Assembly (NCBI GenBank): GCA_016839585.1
Contig: JAEOTZ010000088.1
Location: forward strand, 1 to 50,928
From: Promethearchaeota archaeon
Lineage (GTDB): Archaea > Asgardarchaeota > Lokiarchaeia > Sigyniarchaeales > SOKP01
Length of the DNA: 50,928 nucleotides
Direction: 5' to 3'
Shown here: one piece after another, positions 47,395-50,928 of the stretch
How the letters are laid out: every line of letters begins with the position of its first letter
Numbering within the stretch: position 1 is the stretch's first letter
The notes under the pieces: model-generated
What the model was told of the DNA's origin: nothing
Seen by the model: the letters and a program-made list of their open reading frames with translations, nothing else
The model's database searches: none
Program-made: the position numbers and the translations under genes

Positions 47395-49377
47395 TTATAA
47401 TTCCTCTAATATTGCATCAATTTGCTTTTCATATTGAGGTTCTCGATAATATCTTAAAGTTATTGCTTCTGAAGGGCAATTAGCTAAACAAGATCCGCAA
47501 CCTCTGCATAATATCTCGTTTACTTCCGCTCCATCATCCATTAACTGTATTGCGTCATAAGGACAATTTAACTCACACAGACCACACTTCGCGCATTTTT
47601 CTTTATCAACAGTAGCACGAATTAATTTTATCCTATAAATTTCCTTACCCATTAATCTTGAGAGTGACGATGCCGCCGCTCTACCTTGAACTATTGACTC
47701 AGCTATAGATTTTGGACCCTGAGAGGCTCCTGCAAGAACAATACCTGGAATTTTTGTATCTATTGGATTTAATCTTGAATGAAACTCTTTGAAAAATCCA
47801 TCTTGACTTGTTTCAAGCTTTAATATCTTCTGAAGCTTATCGTTACCTTTTGTTGGAACCATTGCTGCAGATAAAACTACTAAATCATATTCGAGTTCTT
47901 TCATACCTAATGATTCTCTAAGAGTATTTTGAATGTTAACCTTAATATTATGAGTTTCAGAATCTTCTTTTAACTTAGAAATATTAGTTCTAATGTATCG
48001 AATACCTTCTTTTCGTGATGCAGTAAAGTATTCCTCATAATCTTTACCAGCAGCTCTTATATCCATATAAGCTACATCAATCTGAGTATCAGGATAATGT
48101 TGTTTAATTAATTTCGAGTTCTTAATTGCTATCATACAACAAACACCTGAACTACAATATGTATTTTTGTTTAAATCTCTTGAACCTACACATTGAATAA
48201 ATAGAACTCTTTTCGGTATTTTACCGTCAGATGGTCTGAAAAGATGTCCAAGTGTGGGTCCATTAGGAGCTAAAATTCTTTCTAGTTTCAATTCTGTAAT
48301 TACATTTGGATATATATTATAGCCAAGATAGCCTGTTTCGGGTTCGTATTCATCCCACCCCGTTGCTACAAGAACCGATCCTACTTTTAAAGTAACAAGT
48401 TCATCATGTTGATCAAAATTAATTGCATCTAATTCACAGGCTTTCTGGCATAATCCACATTTAATACATTGGTTCATATCTATTTGAGCTATAGCAGGGA
48501 CTGCTTGAGCAAAAGAAACATAGATAGCTTTTCTTGGATTCATTCCTTCATTGAACTCATCATAACCATAAACAGGACAAGGATCTATACAAGCTCCACA
48601 CCCATTACATTCGTTTGTAACATATCGTGCTCTTTTCCTGATTGTTACATTAAAGTTTCCCACGAATCCAGATATATCTTCCACTTCACTATAAGTATAA
48701 AGATTCACTCCAGTAGTTCTTGCAGCTTGAAGCATGACTGGTCCAAGAATTCATATACTACAATCATCTGTAGGAAATGTTCTATCTAGCATTGCCATTT
48801 TTCCGCCAATTGTAGGACTCTTCTCAACTAGATGGACTTCAAATCCTTGTTCTGCTAAATCAATAGCAGCAATTAAACCAGCAACACCTCCTCCTATTAT
48901 TAATGCTTTTTGAGTAATATTTACTTCTTTTACTAAAATTTTCTCTAAAACAGCAGCTCTAGCAACTCCAGATCTAATTGCATCTTCTGCGACCTTTTGA
49001 GCACCAGGTTTATCATTTCGATGTACAAAACTAGCATGCTCTCTAATATTTACAAATTCTAAGTATGAAGGATCTAATCCCATCGATTCTAAAACGCTTT
49101 GAAACACAGGTTCATGAGTTATAGGGGTGCATGATGCTACAATCAATCTATTTGCATTATTTTCAATCATATTTTCTTTTATAAATTCAGCTCCAGGCTC
49201 CGTACAGAGACTAATATAATCAGAAGCTCCTACAACATTAGGTAATGTTTTTGAAAATTCAACTAAAGCTTTACAATCTATTATTTCTGCTATATTTATA
49301 CCTCACTGACAGACAGCAACATAAATTTTCGGTATTTCTCCGATATCCTTAATTTCTTCGTGTTTGGTTTCTACCAT
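47395..49377 (-). CDS. hdrA: Heterodisulfide reductase subunit A selenoprotein (2 Sec, 660 aa)
   Basis: A single frame from ATG 49377 joins the 139-aa and 446-aa ORFs. VAVCQ-U-GINI (TGA 49305-49303) and TFPTDDCSI-U-ILGP (TGA 48753-48751). GGGVAG FAD motif, ferredoxin motifs and QCVGSR are present. Confidence 0.93.
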
Positions 49378-49575
49378 TGCATATCATTCCATTATGTAAT
49401 TTTTGTTTGTCCTCCAAATATTTGAGTTTTTTTTGATTATAGATCTAAATATTATATTTTAATTAAATAAATTTAAATCAAAAATGTTTCTTATATCTTT
49501 TATAATATAGTTAGTTAAAAATTATTTTAAAAATAAACTTAAAACTTTAAAATTAAACTTGATTTTATTGGAAAA

Positions 49576-50001
49576 TTGATACTAATGATATTCCAAGATG
49601 GAACCCCATCATTAGGGGAATATACACCTCTCTTTATTTTAGCAGCTTTATTAATTGGAGATATTTTTCTTTTAAAACTTTTCTTGATAATGACTAAAGC
49701 AGATTCAAAGAGAAATTTAAAATGGGTTGCTATAAGTTTTGGTATCCAATTTGGATTGATTTTCTTTATTTGCCTTCCTCTATTTTTAATTGGTCTTACA
49801 GGAGGATTTGATGAGCATGGACCAGACCCGGGAATAATTATCCCATTTTTTGTACTCTCTATATTTATAGATTTAAATCTTATAAATGTAATTCATAAAA
49901 TTGGAATCAAACGATCAGTAATTGTTGCATTTTTTATTTCAGCTCCAATTATTGCATCAATGTTTATTTTAGGCCCATTTATTGCAAATCCACCTGTCTA
50001 A
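49576..50001 (+). CDS. Small multi-pass membrane protein of unknown function
   Basis: Four hydrophobic segments. Confidence 0.7.
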   Translation: MILMIFQDGTPSLGEYTPLFILAALLIGDIFLLKLFLIMTKADSKRNLKWVAISFGIQFGLIFFICLPLFLIGLTGGFDEHGPDPGIIIPFFVLSIFIDLNLINVIHKIGIKRSVIVAFFISAPIIASMFILGPFIANPPV

Positions 50002-50008
50002 AACTTCT

Positions 50009-50928
50009 TTAAAGTTTGATTTCTCTGTTAATTTCATTATTCATATTGATAATTTCATCCCTAGCAGCTTTGCCAAATTTTTCTGAAGTGTATTTACTAT
50101 CTTTATTATATGCAAATATCACTCCACGAGAAGAATTAACAATTCCACCTAAACCGTTTTCTTTAAATCCATATCTTATATCGATTGCTTGAGCGCCCTG
50201 TACTCCATAACCAGGCATTAATATAAAAGAATTTTCCACTATTTCTCTAATTCGTTTTAACTCATTTGGATAAGTAGCTCCAACTACAACCCCTAAATTA
50301 TGAAAACCAGATCGATTTCTTTCAAGGTTTAATCCCCAATTATAGCCCAATCTTGCCATTTTAATGTAATTTCTTTCTAATTTTATTGATTTTTTTTCAA
50401 TTTCTGTTTCTGAGTTCGGAACATCTTCAATCTTAGCACAAAATAAATCTTGAAAGTCATGACTGCTCGGATTTGAAGTTTTTACAATAATAAATAGTCC
50501 TTTTTCTTTATAATCCAAAAATGGTTTAACTCCATCGATTCCAAAATATGCATTTATAGTACATGCATCTGCTTTATAGATATTGTATGTAGCATCTGCA
50601 TAAGCTTTTGAGGTTGTTCCAATATCATTACGTTTTGAATCTAATATTACTAATAAATCATTTTTATGAGCAAATTTAATAGTTTCCTTTAAAGCGTTTA
50701 AAGCTTCATATTTTTCATAAAAAGCAATCTGTGGTTTAATTACTGGAATTAAATCATAAGTATTTTCAATTAATTCTTTATTAAATTCTAAAATAATTTT
50801 GTCAGGGTGTTTATATTCTTCAATTAAATATTTGGGTATTTCTCCCTCGTTATCCATTCTGGGATCGAGTCCCATAGAAACAACGCTTCTCTTTTCCTTT
50901 ATTAATTGAATTAATTGTTCAATAAAAT
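50009..50928 (-). CDS. pyrF: Orotidine 5'-phosphate decarboxylase; 5' end lies outside the window
   Basis: GLDP, KPQIAFYE, DSKRNDIGTT, KTSNP, GVVVGAT, PGYGVQG, NSSRG. The frame is open to the window edge. Confidence 0.93.
   Translation of the reverse strand, partial: FIEQLIQLIKEKRSVVSMGLDPRMDNEGEIPKYLIEEYKHPDKIILEFNKELIENTYDLIPVIKPQIAFYEKYEALNALKETIKFAHKNDLLVILDSKRNDIGTTSKAYADATYNIYKADACTINAYFGIDGVKPFLDYKEKGLFIIVKTSNPSSHDFQDLFCAKIEDVPNSETEIEKKSIKLERNYIKMARLGYNWGLNLERNRSGFHNLGVVVGATYPNELKRIREIVENSFILMPGYGVQGAQAIDIRYGFKENGLGGIVNSSRGVIFAYNKDSKYTSEKFGKAARDEIINMNNEINREIKL

Noticed and set aside
47395-49377. hdrA as a split gene or pseudogene
   Set aside because: Both interruptions are TGA at conserved Cys positions in a single frame, and a SECIS lies downstream.

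Overview
AT-rich archaeal chromosomal segment, very probably from Lokiarchaeia (Asgard archaea). The assignment rests on a Rag-type GTPase, several longin-like proteins, a gelsolin-like protein, four HEAT+LRR paralogues, eS25, AMP phosphorylase and a eukaryote-type SECIS. Housekeeping and metabolic genes include hisC, lig, pyrF, AMP phosphorylase, AOR with a ferredoxin, a GH36 alpha-galactosidase, a form IV RuBisCO-like protein and tRNA-Ser with an intron. Main observations: (1) A selenoprotein operon that the ORF track breaks up or misses: hdrA (2 in-frame UGA) and mvhD/vhuD (2 in-frame UGA), followed by one eukaryote-like SECIS overlapping the mvhD stop codon. (2) A candidate membrane-to-GTPase signalling set: a 1439-aa surface protein translationally coupled to a longin/uDENN + tandem winged-helix protein with a possible FLCN/SMCR8-like RGF arginine finger, a receptor-longin fusion and a Rag-like GTPase. 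(3) A Bud23/WBSCR22-like rRNA methyltransferase divergent from eS25. (4) Three copies of a 51-73-nt multi-palindrome intergenic repeat that bracket single accessory genes like cassettes. (5) A roughly 2.9-kb island bounded by ~74-bp direct repeats, holding orphan genes, gene debris and an iteron-like array. All family assignments come from reading motifs by eye and from recalled consensus sequences; no database search was run.
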